DNA from: an uncultured Verrucomicrobiae bacterium | Lineage (GTDB): Bacteria; Verrucomicrobiota; Verrucomicrobiia; Chthoniobacterales; UBA10450 | Reading direction: 5' to 3' | DNA: 64,000 nt | Assembly (NCBI GenBank): GCA_963735805.1 | Contig: CAVTMK010000004.1 | Span: 96,001 to 160,000, forward strand | Part shown: one piece after another, positions 51,047 through 61,452 of the stretch | How the letters are laid out: each line of letters begins with the position of its first letter | Position numbering within the stretch: position 1 is the stretch's first letter | Made by a program: the position numbers and the translations under genes | The notes under the pieces: model-generated | The model's database searches: none | What the model was told of the DNA's origin: nothing | What the model saw: the letters and a program-made list of their open reading frames with translations, nothing else

Positions 51047-51742
51047 CTAGAAGCGTGAACGCGTCGTGACGGAGAGTGGCTCAGCCGTTTCCAGGTTCTT
51101 GATCACCGTGCTGAGATAAACGGATTCCGGATAAAACGCCTTGTATTTTGTGATCTCCGCCCGGTTGAGCACTTTGAATCCGTAGCGCTCGAACATTTTT
51201 TCTCCGCGCCGGCTTTCGAACGTGATGATCTGCCCATAAACGCGTTTTTCACCGGAGCGGTAAAGATAACTCAGGTACGCACTCATCAGGGCGCGCGTTG
51301 TAGAAACCTTGCGGGCATCTGGCAGCAGGTTGATATGAAAATGCGGCATGCGTCGCGGCGCCGCTGGCACCTCGCGCCAACCGTGCACCAGGATCCATCG
51401 AACAAAACGACGCGAACGCTCGTTGTAGCGGAAATAACGCGTTAGCGCGCGAAAAAAGAGCCAGACGTTTTGGTATAGCGCATATACCTGGTTTTGCAGA
51501 GGCTTCCGTGAGCCCAGAAGATAACCACGGATTTCTCCATCAACCTCCAGGAGAAAACACGATCCAGGTTCGTGATCGGTGTAATAGGTGGTGAGAAAAT
51601 CAGCGAACAATTCCCGATCCTCATAAACGGGATCGATCGGGTCGCCGAGAAATCCGGTATCGCAGCAGAGCTTTCTTACCGCTTCGCGGTCCGATCTGCG
51701 ATAGCCACGAATAAGGAACGGCTTGTGTTCGTCGTTCGCCAT
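51047..51742 (-). CDS. GNAT family N-acetyltransferase
   Basis: IRGYRRSD, GEIRGYLLG, PHFHINLLP, FERYGF. Confidence 0.75.
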   Translation of the reverse strand: MANDEHKPFLIRGYRRSDREAVRKLCCDTGFLGDPIDPVYEDRELFADFLTTYYTDHEPGSCFLLEVDGEIRGYLLGSRKPLQNQVYALYQNVWLFFRALTRYFRYNERSRRFVRWILVHGWREVPAAPRRMPHFHINLLPDARKVSTTRALMSAYLSYLYRSGEKRVYGQIITFESRRGEKMFERYGFKVLNRAEITKYKAFYPESVYLSTVIKNLETAEPLSVTTRSRF

Positions 51743-52918
51743 CTAAAGTCGGCGGTAGTTTGCGCGAACCTCGCGATAAATGCAAAATAGTTCCTCAAAT
51801 ACGCGCGGCCAGCTATAAAGTCTTTCCGTTGCACCTGCAGCAGTCCTCCCCAAAACCGACAATTTTTTAGCGCTAAAATCTTCAATGGCATCAGCCAGCG
51901 CATCCGGATTGTTCTTCTGCGCCCACGATTTCTGGTCATGGCAAATAATCCGGTCCATGTAACTTCCGCGAATTCCAACGACCGGCGTGCCACAAGCCTG
52001 GCTTTCCAGCGCAACAAGTCCAAACGTTTCCTGAACCCCGGGATGAACGAAAAGATCGGCAGCGCGATAGTAACGAGCCAGATCAACCGAGTCTGCGCAG
52101 TACGAAATCCAAGAAACGTTTCCGATGCGACGTTGCAGCTTCTGAATCTTGTTTCGCTGGGGTCCGTCGCCGATGACCACAAGATAAAATCTATTCTGCT
52201 CTCGCTGGCCCAGAAGCTCGAAAGCTTGAAACAATGTTTGCGTGTTTTTTTCCGTGGCCAATCTGCCGGCGTAGAGAAGCAACGTCTGCCCGCGGCCGAC
52301 GCCCAACGAGTCACGAGTCGCCGCTCTGTCATCCGGCGTCGGCTTGAAAATGCTGGTGTTCACTCCGAGCCGCACGGGCCGCACATTGCGCACGCCCCAC
52401 TCGGAAAGCAGATCACTCAGTGTTTCGGACGGCACCAGCGTAGCTTGAAAGCGATTGTAAAGTTTACGCACATAAGCACGCGTCAATTTCATGGCGCGTT
52501 GCGTGCCACGTTTACCTAAAAATTTCGTGCCGCCGCGGAGATATGCTTCCGGGAAATGGGAGTGATAAAAGCCAACGACCGGAACTCTCAGTGCACGCCC
52601 GGCGGCAATCGCTTTCCATCCGATCTGATACGGATCACTCGATTCAATCAGGTCAGGACGCTCACGTTCCAGGATTTCTTCAATGGCCCGGAGATTTAGT
52701 AGAGCGCGATAGCGTGAGCTTCTCGATACGAGTGGTGAGCGAATCGAATAAACGCGTGATCGCGCATTTGTCGTCACCTCATTTTTCGCCCCGGGGACAA
52801 TTAGCACGTGCGCGTCCTCAGACGAATCGCGGCTGATGTACGCGATTTTTTCGTGAACGTACCGTTTTACGCCTCCGCTTAGCGGAGAGTAAAACTGGGT
52901 CAGGTCGCAGATCTTCAA
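51743..52918 (-). CDS. Glycosyltransferase family 4
   Basis: GRLATEKN, IGDGP, ETFGLVALESQACGTPVV; TTG start at LKICDLTQF. Confidence 0.9.
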   Translation of the reverse strand: MKICDLTQFYSPLSGGVKRYVHEKIAYISRDSSEDAHVLIVPGAKNEVTTNARSRVYSIRSPLVSRSSRYRALLNLRAIEEILERERPDLIESSDPYQIGWKAIAAGRALRVPVVGFYHSHFPEAYLRGGTKFLGKRGTQRAMKLTRAYVRKLYNRFQATLVPSETLSDLLSEWGVRNVRPVRLGVNTSIFKPTPDDRAATRDSLGVGRGQTLLLYAGRLATEKNTQTLFQAFELLGQREQNRFYLVVIGDGPQRNKIQKLQRRIGNVSWISYCADSVDLARYYRAADLFVHPGVQETFGLVALESQACGTPVVGIRGSYMDRIICHDQKSWAQKNNPDALADAIEDFSAKKLSVLGRTAAGATERLYSWPRVFEELFCIYREVRANYRRL

Positions 52919-53002
52919 GCTCGCACTGTAGCCATCGTCTTGTGGACGACGCAATGCGCCAAAACGGAAAAGACCAGCGCGGCGCTTCACGTAGCCAGAC
53001 GG

Positions 53003-53947
53003 CTACCGAACCGACGATCGAGGAACGGATTCCAGTTCGCTCAGATATTTCTCTGCGTCCATGGCTGCTGCGCAGCCTGAGCCGGCTGCGGTTACCGCCT
53101 GCTTATAAATGCGGTCGGCTACGTCACCCGCTACAAACACCCCGGGGTGCCTGCTCTCGACCAAATTCTTCGTTATCAAATAGCCGTCCGAATCCATATC
53201 GAGTTTGCCTCGGTAAGCCCCGCTGTTGGGATCGTGACCAATTGCCACAAACACGCACGCCACGGCTAATTCCCGCTCTTCATTCGTCTTGACATTCCGC
53301 AGGCGCACCGCACGAATTTCGCCTTTTTCGTCCGGGATATATTCAGTAACGACCGCGTCCCAGATCGGTTCGATCTTCTTATTCGCAAATACGCGGTTCT
53401 GCATGATTTTGGAGGCCCGCATCTTGTCGCGTCGATGAATCAAATAGACCTTTGAAGCGAAACGCGTCAGGAACAATGATTCCTCCGCCGCAGAATCGCC
53501 GCCACCCACGACGCAAACAGGAACGCCCTTGTAAAACGCGCCATCACAGGTAGCGCACGAAGTCAGCCCGTGGCCGATCAGTTTCTTTTCATTTTCGAGT
53601 CCGAGATATCGCGCCGAAGCTCCAGTTGCGATGATAAGCGCTTCCGTCTCCAACCATTCATCATCGGCCTTGATCCGAATATGCCGGTTGCTGGCATCGA
53701 AATCGCTCGCCTCCGCATATGAAAATCTGGCGCCAAATTTCTCGGCCTGTTTGTGCATGTTGAGTACGAGCTGCGGTCCATCGATCCCGTCCGGAAAACC
53801 GGGATAATTTTCAACGAGCGTAGTGGTCGAGAGTTGTCCGCCGGGATGCCGGCCTTCCAGAACCAAAGGGCTAAGGTTCGCGCGAGCCGCGTAAATTGCC
53901 GCTGTCAAGCCGGCGCAACCGCTTCCAACAATGATCAGTCTTTCCAT
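53003..53947 (-). CDS. trxB: Thioredoxin reductase
   Basis: GSGCAG, ENYPGF, CATCDG, GGGDSA, QAVTAAGSG. Confidence 0.95.
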   Translation of the reverse strand: MERLIIVGSGCAGLTAAIYAARANLSPLVLEGRHPGGQLSTTTLVENYPGFPDGIDGPQLVLNMHKQAEKFGARFSYAEASDFDASNRHIRIKADDEWLETEALIIATGASARYLGLENEKKLIGHGLTSCATCDGAFYKGVPVCVVGGGDSAAEESLFLTRFASKVYLIHRRDKMRASKIMQNRVFANKKIEPIWDAVVTEYIPDEKGEIRAVRLRNVKTNEERELAVACVFVAIGHDPNSGAYRGKLDMDSDGYLITKNLVESRHPGVFVAGDVADRIYKQAVTAAGSGCAAAMDAEKYLSELESVPRSSVR

Positions 53948-54065
53948 CGATAAAACTTAGCACACAGCGCAAGTTGTTCCGAGTTGAACGCGTCGCCATC
54001 AACGCCTGGAAAACCCTGACAGCGGAAGTCATCTACGACGCCAGACCCGTGCCCGACACGGCCAG

Positions 54066-55619
54066 CTACGCCGTCACCTGCACGCCGATCTGATGCAAAC
54101 CCGCTGCGCCGGAAAATGGACCCCTATCTTCGTCCCATTCCTGCACATCGCCTTTACCGTCGGTGGCCCGGATGACCAGCGTGTAATCTCCTGCCGCATC
54201 TGGCATCCATTGGGTTTTCCAGAGCGACCATGCCAGATTGCCACCGGAATAATAGATCTCAGCATCGCGCCACGATTTTCCGCCATCGCTACTAAATTCC
54301 ACGCGAGAGACGCCGCGGTCGCCACCGTACGCGATCCCCTTCACTTCAATCGGCCCATTCAACTTACCTAACACAAACGACGACCACGAATCCGGCACGT
54401 CAATTCTGGATCTTGTCGGCGTGATAAAATCGGGGCCCCAGCCTTGCGCTTCGTAAAATCCTTTTGCACTCGCGTCGGTTACTTCGATTCGAGTGAGCCA
54501 TTTCACATGTTTTTCGCCAAAGTAACCCGGAACGATGAGGCGCAACGGGTAACCATGACGATCAGGCAATTGTGTGCCGTTCATTTCATAAGCAAGTAGC
54601 GTTGTCGGTTCGAGGGCTTTCTCGAGTGGAACCGTATCGGTGTAATTGTCGACACCATGAAACCGAACGCGTGCGGCGCCGGACAACGGAACCGCGCGAT
54701 CCAGAACGTCCCGCAACGGAAAACCTTTCCAGACAGCGTTACTGATCAGTCCCGCGTCCAAACCATTGCTAATACACATCAGCGTTGTTTCCTGCTCCTT
54801 CATTTCGAAGCCCATTAGATCGTCGAATCGCCAAGTGGCAGCGTTTTTGACAAGCCCGCCTACTTCGAGGTGCCAAAGATTGGCATCGACGCGGGGATCG
54901 ACCACATTCTTGGTCACACAATAAAACAATTCGTTAGGCGTAATCGGCTGAACGATGCGCCCTTTATACTGAGTGCCGTCGTAGCTAAACGTTGCAACGC
55001 GATAAAGTTTGCGACCCAACGCGATCCCGCCACCTGTAACCACAGCTCCAATCGCACCCAGCACAAAAGCGCGCCGACCAATCGCGGGACTAAATTCGTA
55101 CTTCTGCTGAGCCCCGATCCTTCCTTGCGCAAGAAATCGGAAACCAGTCACTAGTGTTCGTTCGAAGAGAAAAACGCAAAGCGCGAAACAGACAAGCGTA
55201 ACCAGACGTGCAGCGCCGATGGGCAGGCCAATGTAACTCGTGCCCAAAACCGGCCACAGCACGACTGCAAAAGCAACGACAGGCAATAAAACGAAGATCG
55301 AGATGGTCCAAAACGCTGAAGCTCGCGCGGGATTGTGCCGCGAGAACCATCCAAAGATCGCTCCGGCAATTGCGCCAACGGCGAGTTGACCGGCAATCGT
55401 CGACCCCACACCCAGTTGTTTGAGATGATTGTATCCGCCGAGCTTCCCCATAAGGGAGAGAAACGGGCCGGGTGGAATGAAAACCGAAAGCCGATCGCCA
55501 ATGATCACGAGCGGTGTGGCTACGCCCATCACAGCGAGCAATAACATCGCTGCTGTCATCACGGCTCCCGCCAGCAACCCAGCAAGTAGCCCAGCTAAAA
55601 TTGCCTTCGTTTTACTCAC
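54066..55619 (-). CDS. Membrane-bound molybdopterin-dependent oxidoreductase (sulfite oxidase family)
   Basis: N-terminal TMs; TLMCISN, AYEMNG, HGYPLRLIVPG, KWLTRIE. Confidence 0.88.
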   Translation of the reverse strand: MSKTKAILAGLLAGLLAGAVMTAAMLLLAVMGVATPLVIIGDRLSVFIPPGPFLSLMGKLGGYNHLKQLGVGSTIAGQLAVGAIAGAIFGWFSRHNPARASAFWTISIFVLLPVVAFAVVLWPVLGTSYIGLPIGAARLVTLVCFALCVFLFERTLVTGFRFLAQGRIGAQQKYEFSPAIGRRAFVLGAIGAVVTGGGIALGRKLYRVATFSYDGTQYKGRIVQPITPNELFYCVTKNVVDPRVDANLWHLEVGGLVKNAATWRFDDLMGFEMKEQETTLMCISNGLDAGLISNAVWKGFPLRDVLDRAVPLSGAARVRFHGVDNYTDTVPLEKALEPTTLLAYEMNGTQLPDRHGYPLRLIVPGYFGEKHVKWLTRIEVTDASAKGFYEAQGWGPDFITPTRSRIDVPDSWSSFVLGKLNGPIEVKGIAYGGDRGVSRVEFSSDGGKSWRDAEIYYSGGNLAWSLWKTQWMPDAAGDYTLVIRATDGKGDVQEWDEDRGPFSGAAGLHQIGVQVTA

Positions 55620-55701
55620 GGCATTTACAGAGCTTACAAACTCGGCGCGGTAACGGAATCAAATTACGACTCTTAACAGAAAACAATGCCAGGAAGGAAT
55701 T

Positions 55702-56925
55702 TCAACAGTTGGCCGACGAAACACAATCAGCGGGCTCAGCCACGGTTTTCGCAGTCGAAAGAATTTTTAGTGCCCGCTCGACCACCATTGCGGATGTAAC
55801 CTGCTTCATGCAGGCGTGACCGAAAGGGCATTGAATCAGGCGACGATAATTGCACGGCGAACACGGCAGGTCCACGCGCACCACGGATTCGGGTCGCTGG
55901 TATGGGCCGATGTGGACCGGATTCGTTGGGCCGAAGATACTGACCATCGGTTTACCAAGCGACGCAGCAACATGCATCGACCCAGAGTCGTTGGTCACGG
56001 CCACCTCGGAACGTCGAATCAGTGCCGCTAAATCTGCCGGCGTAGTTTTGCCGGAAAGATCGCACGTCCCAGGTGCCGCGGCGGCGATTTGTCGGCATCG
56101 GTGCTGGTCGCGGGTTGTCCCCGCAAGGGCCACGGCAAATCCCCTCTGAAGAAATTGCCGCGCAACACCCGCGAATCCTTCGATCGTCCAATGCTTGGTC
56201 TCCCAGATTGTCCCCGGCACGAGCACAACCAGTGGCTTGGATGCGGGCACTCCGTGCTCCTCAAGCAATCGTTCTGCGTTACCCAGAGTATCGGTTGAAA
56301 GATGAATAGTGAGATCGGCTGGAGCGCCATCGAGCCCAAGCAATGGCGCAATCCAGAGATAACGGTCGATTGCGTGAACATCGAGCGTCGGGATGGGAAT
56401 CCGGTGCGTGTAAGCGATCCAGGAACCCTCGCGCGCTCCACGCCACCCATGGCTTGGTACGTTCCTTAGGTCGTGCTCAGCGGAAACTGTAAGTGTACGT
56501 TTGACGGGGCGATCGAATCCGATGCGTACGCGCGCTCCACTGATGAGGGTGAAGAAAGCTGAACGCACCTGTCCATGCATGTCGATGATCAGGTCGTATT
56601 TAGTCCTGCGAATTTGTTTGAGCAGACCCAAAAACGCACGCGCGGCACGCCATCGGTGGCCGTGTCTTGAGAAATCGCGACGCGAAAAAAGGACTATATT
56701 GGAGAGGGCCGGGTGGGAACGTACGATTTCCGCGTTCTCGGGCGTAATTAGCCAGTCGATCCGCGCCTGCGGATAACGTCTGCGCAACTTCACAAGCACC
56801 GGGATCGTATGCACGACGTCACCCAGTGCCGAAGGTTTGATTAGCAAAATGCGCGAGAATTCGGCGGATTGCAGCTCGGATGTATCCACGTTTTGTATCC
56901 GCGCGTTATCGATCTGGCCGTTCAA
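55702..56925 (-). CDS. Glycosyltransferase family 9 (LPS heptosyltransferase-like)
   Basis: IKPSALGDVV, WETKHW, NDSGSMHVAA, IFGPT. Confidence 0.9.
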   Translation of the reverse strand: MNGQIDNARIQNVDTSELQSAEFSRILLIKPSALGDVVHTIPVLVKLRRRYPQARIDWLITPENAEIVRSHPALSNIVLFSRRDFSRHGHRWRAARAFLGLLKQIRRTKYDLIIDMHGQVRSAFFTLISGARVRIGFDRPVKRTLTVSAEHDLRNVPSHGWRGAREGSWIAYTHRIPIPTLDVHAIDRYLWIAPLLGLDGAPADLTIHLSTDTLGNAERLLEEHGVPASKPLVVLVPGTIWETKHWTIEGFAGVARQFLQRGFAVALAGTTRDQHRCRQIAAAAPGTCDLSGKTTPADLAALIRRSEVAVTNDSGSMHVAASLGKPMVSIFGPTNPVHIGPYQRPESVVRVDLPCSPCNYRRLIQCPFGHACMKQVTSAMVVERALKILSTAKTVAEPADCVSSANC

Positions 56926-57045
56926 GTGCTATGTCGCAGAAAAAGGCTTTAACTTTCAAAGCTCAATGCTCAACCCTCAATGGCCAACGTCAAATTCAGA
57001 AGCCCAAGCGTTCGGTTATCGTGGCCGATACCGGCCCCTCAGCAA

Positions 57046-57693
57046 CTACGCTGCCTGCTTTTGGCCCGAGAGCGCGCCGCGGAGTTTCTTCACCCACGCG
57101 GAAAAGCGATGCCGGTTCTGCTCGCGCTTTACTACTGCCTCGCTTGTAACCCAATTAAACTGAATGACCCGGCGCGGACCGGAGAACGGCTTGTGCCCAT
57201 GCCATGAATTAGTGCTACGACGAAACGCCAGGAGCGTCCCTTCGGTTGGTGGCACTTCGAGAAGCGCATCTTCCAAATTCGTCCCGGATCGCAACAACCG
57301 AAGCCGGCCACCGGAAGATTCCCAAGCCGAATTCATGTAAACGAGGATCGTGATGATCTTTGTCTCCGAATCAGTGTGAATCTTGCCGTCTTTTTCGCTG
57401 CAACGCCCGCGCACGGTGATCATGTCGGGGCGACCAGTTAGATCAATGTCGAATTTTTCCTCAAACGCCTTGCGAAATTCTTCGCTCCGCATGTCTTCAA
57501 TTAGCTTGGCAAACGCTGGGCCGTAAGTCACCTCGCGAAGCGGGAAGCTACCCGCCCGGCCAACCTCGGGGTAATCCTTGTCGATTCCCGCACGCGCCTC
57601 AGTCTTCACAAACTCTGGAACAATCAAAAACTCGAACGGCTCCCGGGTAAGCGGCGTGGTGCGAAATCTCTCCAAATCGAGCGTCGAAAGCAT
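57046..57693 (-). CDS. 2OG-Fe(II) oxygenase
   Basis: HTD...WHG...RR facial-triad pattern. Confidence 0.85.
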   Translation of the reverse strand: MLSTLDLERFRTTPLTREPFEFLIVPEFVKTEARAGIDKDYPEVGRAGSFPLREVTYGPAFAKLIEDMRSEEFRKAFEEKFDIDLTGRPDMITVRGRCSEKDGKIHTDSETKIITILVYMNSAWESSGGRLRLLRSGTNLEDALLEVPPTEGTLLAFRRSTNSWHGHKPFSGPRRVIQFNWVTSEAVVKREQNRHRFSAWVKKLRGALSGQKQAA

Positions 57694-57739
57694 TCAGCGA
57701 CGCTACACGAAAACTCCGGAATCTTCTAGCCGGAATCGA

Positions 57740-58426
57740 CTATCCGAGGGCGACGCGTACCAGTGTCATAACAATGCGCGCACCGGCGGCAAATGTGCCT
57801 CGCAACGTGCCTGATACTTTCGACTCGCCGCCGGCACGCCGGCGATGGTTTACGGGGATTTCCAGAATGCGCAACCCGGCACGCGCTGCTTTCATCTGCA
57901 TCTCGAGATTCCAGCCATAAGTCTGCTCGCGCATGTCGAGGCGTTGGAGTGCATCACGGCGAATGGCCCGAAACGGAGACATGTCCGTATAACGAACTCC
58001 GTAGAGGAGTCGCAAAATCAATCCGGCAAATCGCCCGGCAAAGATTTGCTGCAGATTCATGCTGCCGGGTTCGCGTTGTCCGCGTGTTCGCGAGCCGATC
58101 ACGAAATCGTGCGTCCCGCGCGCGACGGGATCAACAAGCCGATTCATGAAAGCGGGCACGTCGCTGCCGTCGCCATCAAGAAAAACCACGATGCTGCATT
58201 CTGGAGAAAGCGCGCGAACGCCAGCGGCGCAAGCACGCCCATAACCACGAGGCGCGGTGACTACACGCGCACCTGCTTCATGTGCACACCGGGCAGTTCG
58301 ATCTGTGCTCCCATTATCAACCACAATCACCTCGTTAGGCAGACCAGTCGCTAGGCATTCGAGCACGACTCCGGCGATCGGTTCCTCCTCATCAAGCGCG
58401 GGGATAATCACCGAGACGCTACTCAT
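57740..58426 (-). CDS. Glycosyltransferase family 2
   Basis: IIPALDEE, VVDNGSTD, FLDGDGSD, GESKVSG. Confidence 0.9.
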   Translation of the reverse strand: MSSVSVIIPALDEEEPIAGVVLECLATGLPNEVIVVDNGSTDRTARCAHEAGARVVTAPRGYGRACAAGVRALSPECSIVVFLDGDGSDVPAFMNRLVDPVARGTHDFVIGSRTRGQREPGSMNLQQIFAGRFAGLILRLLYGVRYTDMSPFRAIRRDALQRLDMREQTYGWNLEMQMKAARAGLRILEIPVNHRRRAGGESKVSGTLRGTFAAGARIVMTLVRVALG

Positions 58427-59445
58427 CGCAAAACCAGCCACGCGCTTGTGAAATAAATCACGAGGGCAACGAAGTCCGCCAGCGCGAGCGCAACGGGACC
58501 GGCGGAAATTTTTGGGTCCAGCCTGAATCGATGAAGAAGTGACGGCACCCCCAGGCCAAACGCACACGCCGTGACGAGCGAAAGCGCGATGCTACCGCCG
58601 ATCACCAGCGCGCCACGAAGATCGCTGCGCCAGATCCAGGCAATGACGCTAACAACCAGACCGCATGCCACACCCAGCAGAAGCGCGGTCGTCAGTTCAC
58701 GACGGAATGCTGTTCCAAGCCAGCGCCACGTCACCTTAACTGAGCGCAACGCGTGAATCGTTACGCTCATGGATTGCATGCTGACGCTTTCGTTCAACCC
58801 AAGCACCATCGTTAGAAAAAATGCCAGCACCAGACTACGCGCGAGCGTCGCTTCAAAAAGACCGGCTAAAATTGCCGATAGCGTTCCTCCGGTCACTGTG
58901 ACCAGCAACCAGGGGAAACGAAACCTGAAAACGCGCAATGGCGACACTCCACGGATTTGTTCGATGTGAAACCCAAGCGCCTCAAAGAATTCCGGATTCA
59001 GCTGCGCAACCGGACTCCCAATTGGTCGGGAGTCGCTGTCGCCAGCCTCTAACATTTCTTCGGCGAAGAGGTTCGCGTCGATGATGCCCACGACGCGCCG
59101 TTGCTCGTCTACTATGGGAAATGCCAGAAATTTGTAGAGCACGAAGAATTCGCAGGCGTCAAGAATCGTTGCGCTCGCGGGGACAGCCACGACGCGTGGC
59201 ACCATGACCTGGCGCAACGGTGTTTCCAGCGATGCTGTCAACAAACGACGAACAGGAACGACACCAACCAGCCGTTCCTGTTCGTCAATCGCATAGAAAT
59301 AAATGACCCGTTCGCCCACGCCCTCGCGCCGGATGCGCTCCAGCGCTTCACCCACTATCATGCTGGCGCGGAGCAGTGGAAAATCTTTGCGCGCATGATC
59401 GACGACCGGTGCATTAAAATCTGGAATCGTGGTCGCTATGTTCAT
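58423..59445 (-). CDS. Magnesium transporter MgtE-like (CBS pair + TM domain, no N-domain)
   Basis: CBS repeats; RFPWL, LDPKISAGP...AD. Confidence 0.82.
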   Translation of the reverse strand: MNIATTIPDFNAPVVDHARKDFPLLRASMIVGEALERIRREGVGERVIYFYAIDEQERLVGVVPVRRLLTASLETPLRQVMVPRVVAVPASATILDACEFFVLYKFLAFPIVDEQRRVVGIIDANLFAEEMLEAGDSDSRPIGSPVAQLNPEFFEALGFHIEQIRGVSPLRVFRFRFPWLLVTVTGGTLSAILAGLFEATLARSLVLAFFLTMVLGLNESVSMQSMSVTIHALRSVKVTWRWLGTAFRRELTTALLLGVACGLVVSVIAWIWRSDLRGALVIGGSIALSLVTACAFGLGVPSLLHRFRLDPKISAGPVALALADFVALVIYFTSAWLVLR

Positions 59446-60563
59446 CTCGCTACTCGATGAACAATGCCTTTGTTCTTCAAAATTTCGCTGGCTTCGCTGA
59501 AGTAATCTCGAATGTCCGATTGTGCGCGGATCCAATCTATGTAGCGACTGATCCCTTCGCCGAGATCAACAGCCGGTTTGTAGCCGGCCGATCGAGCAAG
59601 CGCGGTATCACTAGTAAGGTGACGCATTTCGCCGGGCCGAAATTCGCCATTGGTCTCAGGCGTGATGCCGATCCCCAAAACATCGGAAAGTTGTTCGGCG
59701 ACTTCACGAATCGGCGTGCCCCGCCCACTGCCAATGTTCACCGGCAGTCCGTCGAGCTTGTCTGTTTCTGCAGCAAGCAAGTTCGCGCCGGCGATGTCGT
59801 CCACGAATGAAAAGTCGCGCGTCTGTTCCCCGTCCTCATACAGCACAGGCGGCAAATTGTTCAGCAAACGCGTGCAAAAAATCGCGATGACGCCTGTGTA
59901 AGGATTAAAGATCGATTGGCGCGGTCCATATGTGCAGGAGTAACGCAGGGCTACTGTGGGAATACCAAGCTGCTTCCCCCACAGGAGGACCAGTCGCTCT
60001 TGATCAACTTTCGTCAGGCCGTAAACGGTTTCGCCACCGACTGGCGCACTCTCTGGAGTCGGAACACTCCTTGTGACGGCGTTGCAAAATGGACAATGCA
60101 CCTGCCAATCGCCTTTGCGCAATTGCTCCACCGGACGGACCGTTGGAAAAACCAATCCATGCTTCAGGCAGTCGGCGGCACCTTCGCTGTAGACAGCTTG
60201 GGAGCTCGCAACAACGACTTTCTTAACCGGCAGGTTTTTCTCGCGGATTACTTCGAGCATCTGGGCCGTTCCGAGCGAGTTCACATGCACAAATTTTGCG
60301 ATCTCCGGCATGTAACCGCCGTAGGCAGCTTGGTGAAAAACGACGTCGATCTTGTCGAGCGCGGCGGCAATCGTAGCGCGATCGCGCAGATCGCCCTCAA
60401 CGAATTCTGCCTTCTTGTTGATCCAAGCGGGCCTTCCGCGACGATGCGTTTGTGGTTCAAGACTATCAAGCGCCCGAACCTGCCAGCCTTCTTTCACAAG
60501 AAGATCGACTATATGTGAGCCGATTAAGCCTGCGCCGCCGGTAACTAATGTACGTTTTGCCAT
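59442..60563 (-). CDS. NAD-dependent epimerase/dehydratase with CxxH...CxxC insert
   Basis: TGGAGLIG, YGLTK, YGPRQS.NPYTGV, CLKHG...CPFC. Confidence 0.9.
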   Translation of the reverse strand: MAKRTLVTGGAGLIGSHIVDLLVKEGWQVRALDSLEPQTHRRGRPAWINKKAEFVEGDLRDRATIAAALDKIDVVFHQAAYGGYMPEIAKFVHVNSLGTAQMLEVIREKNLPVKKVVVASSQAVYSEGAADCLKHGLVFPTVRPVEQLRKGDWQVHCPFCNAVTRSVPTPESAPVGGETVYGLTKVDQERLVLLWGKQLGIPTVALRYSCTYGPRQSIFNPYTGVIAIFCTRLLNNLPPVLYEDGEQTRDFSFVDDIAGANLLAAETDKLDGLPVNIGSGRGTPIREVAEQLSDVLGIGITPETNGEFRPGEMRHLTSDTALARSAGYKPAVDLGEGISRYIDWIRAQSDIRDYFSEASEILKNKGIVHRVAR

Positions 60564-60643
60564 CCAAACGTGAGGCTAGTCATGTAGCCGTCGTAGGGCA
60601 ACCGCTCCGATTGCTCGTAGCCTGCGTATTTGGTGCTCGATTG

Positions 60644-61432
60644 CTAGGACCAAACGCGTTCCCGGCCGTCGCGAGCGACGAGATGGCGCAAGAACTCTGT
60701 AGTCTCCGGCGCGATATTTTCACGCGCGCTTTCGCCCAGGAGCTCCCCACAAAGTCGATGCAGAGTCGCTCGATCATCCACGTCGAATCCGCGAGGTAAC
60801 TCGCAAACTTCGAGACCAATCTGCGCCGCGCGATGTTTTGTTTGCTCGAAAACCAGCTCCGTGCTCCAGTCGATTCCCTCGAAGACTTCCCGGTGCAACT
60901 GTTTCAAGCCGATCAAATAGTAACCACCATCATCGCAAGGGCCCAGGACAATGCGGTTGTTCGGCGATAAAAGAAGTTCCACGGCTCGGACGAAATTTTC
61001 GGAGGGAATGGTTGGGCTATCAGAATCAATCAGACAAACCGCATCGAAGCCGCATCTAAATAAGTCTTCGGCTGCGAAATAAAGACGGTCGCCGAAATCG
61101 TCGCCGCGCTGTGGCAGCAAACTGAAATCGACCGGCAAAACATCGGCATAATCTGACTCCGCCCCGACTGGCGTATAGACGGCAATCCCACATGCGATCG
61201 GTTGGTCGCGCTTGCGCGCTTTCAGGCTACGGGAGCAAGTCGAAATCGCCGCGGCCGTATCCTGCAAAAAACACCTGTTGAGTTCGGCGGCTTCCTCATT
61301 CATGAGTGGTGGAACAAGCCGTGTTTTTACCTTCCCAGCACGTGGCGCTTTAGTCATAAGGGCCAATGCACAACGACAACAGAGCGTTTCACCCGGCCTG
61401 TCTGGATCAAGAACACGATGAATCGTTTTCAT
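60644..61432 (-). CDS. DUF2064/TIGR04282-family nucleotidyl-/glycosyltransferase-like protein
   Basis: KAPRAGKVKTRL, QRGDDFGDRL, DSDSP, LGPCDDGGYYLIG, DVD. Confidence 0.85.
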   Translation of the reverse strand: MKTIHRVLDPDRPGETLCCRCALALMTKAPRAGKVKTRLVPPLMNEEAAELNRCFLQDTAAAISTCSRSLKARKRDQPIACGIAVYTPVGAESDYADVLPVDFSLLPQRGDDFGDRLYFAAEDLFRCGFDAVCLIDSDSPTIPSENFVRAVELLLSPNNRIVLGPCDDGGYYLIGLKQLHREVFEGIDWSTELVFEQTKHRAAQIGLEVCELPRGFDVDDRATLHRLCGELLGESARENIAPETTEFLRHLVARDGRERVWS

Positions 61433-61452
61433 TCGTCGCCCTGCCGTTTACA

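Noticed and set aside
51751..51758. Perfect GGCGGTAG ops core
   Set aside because: Antisense within the 3' end of a minus-strand CDS, not in a leader
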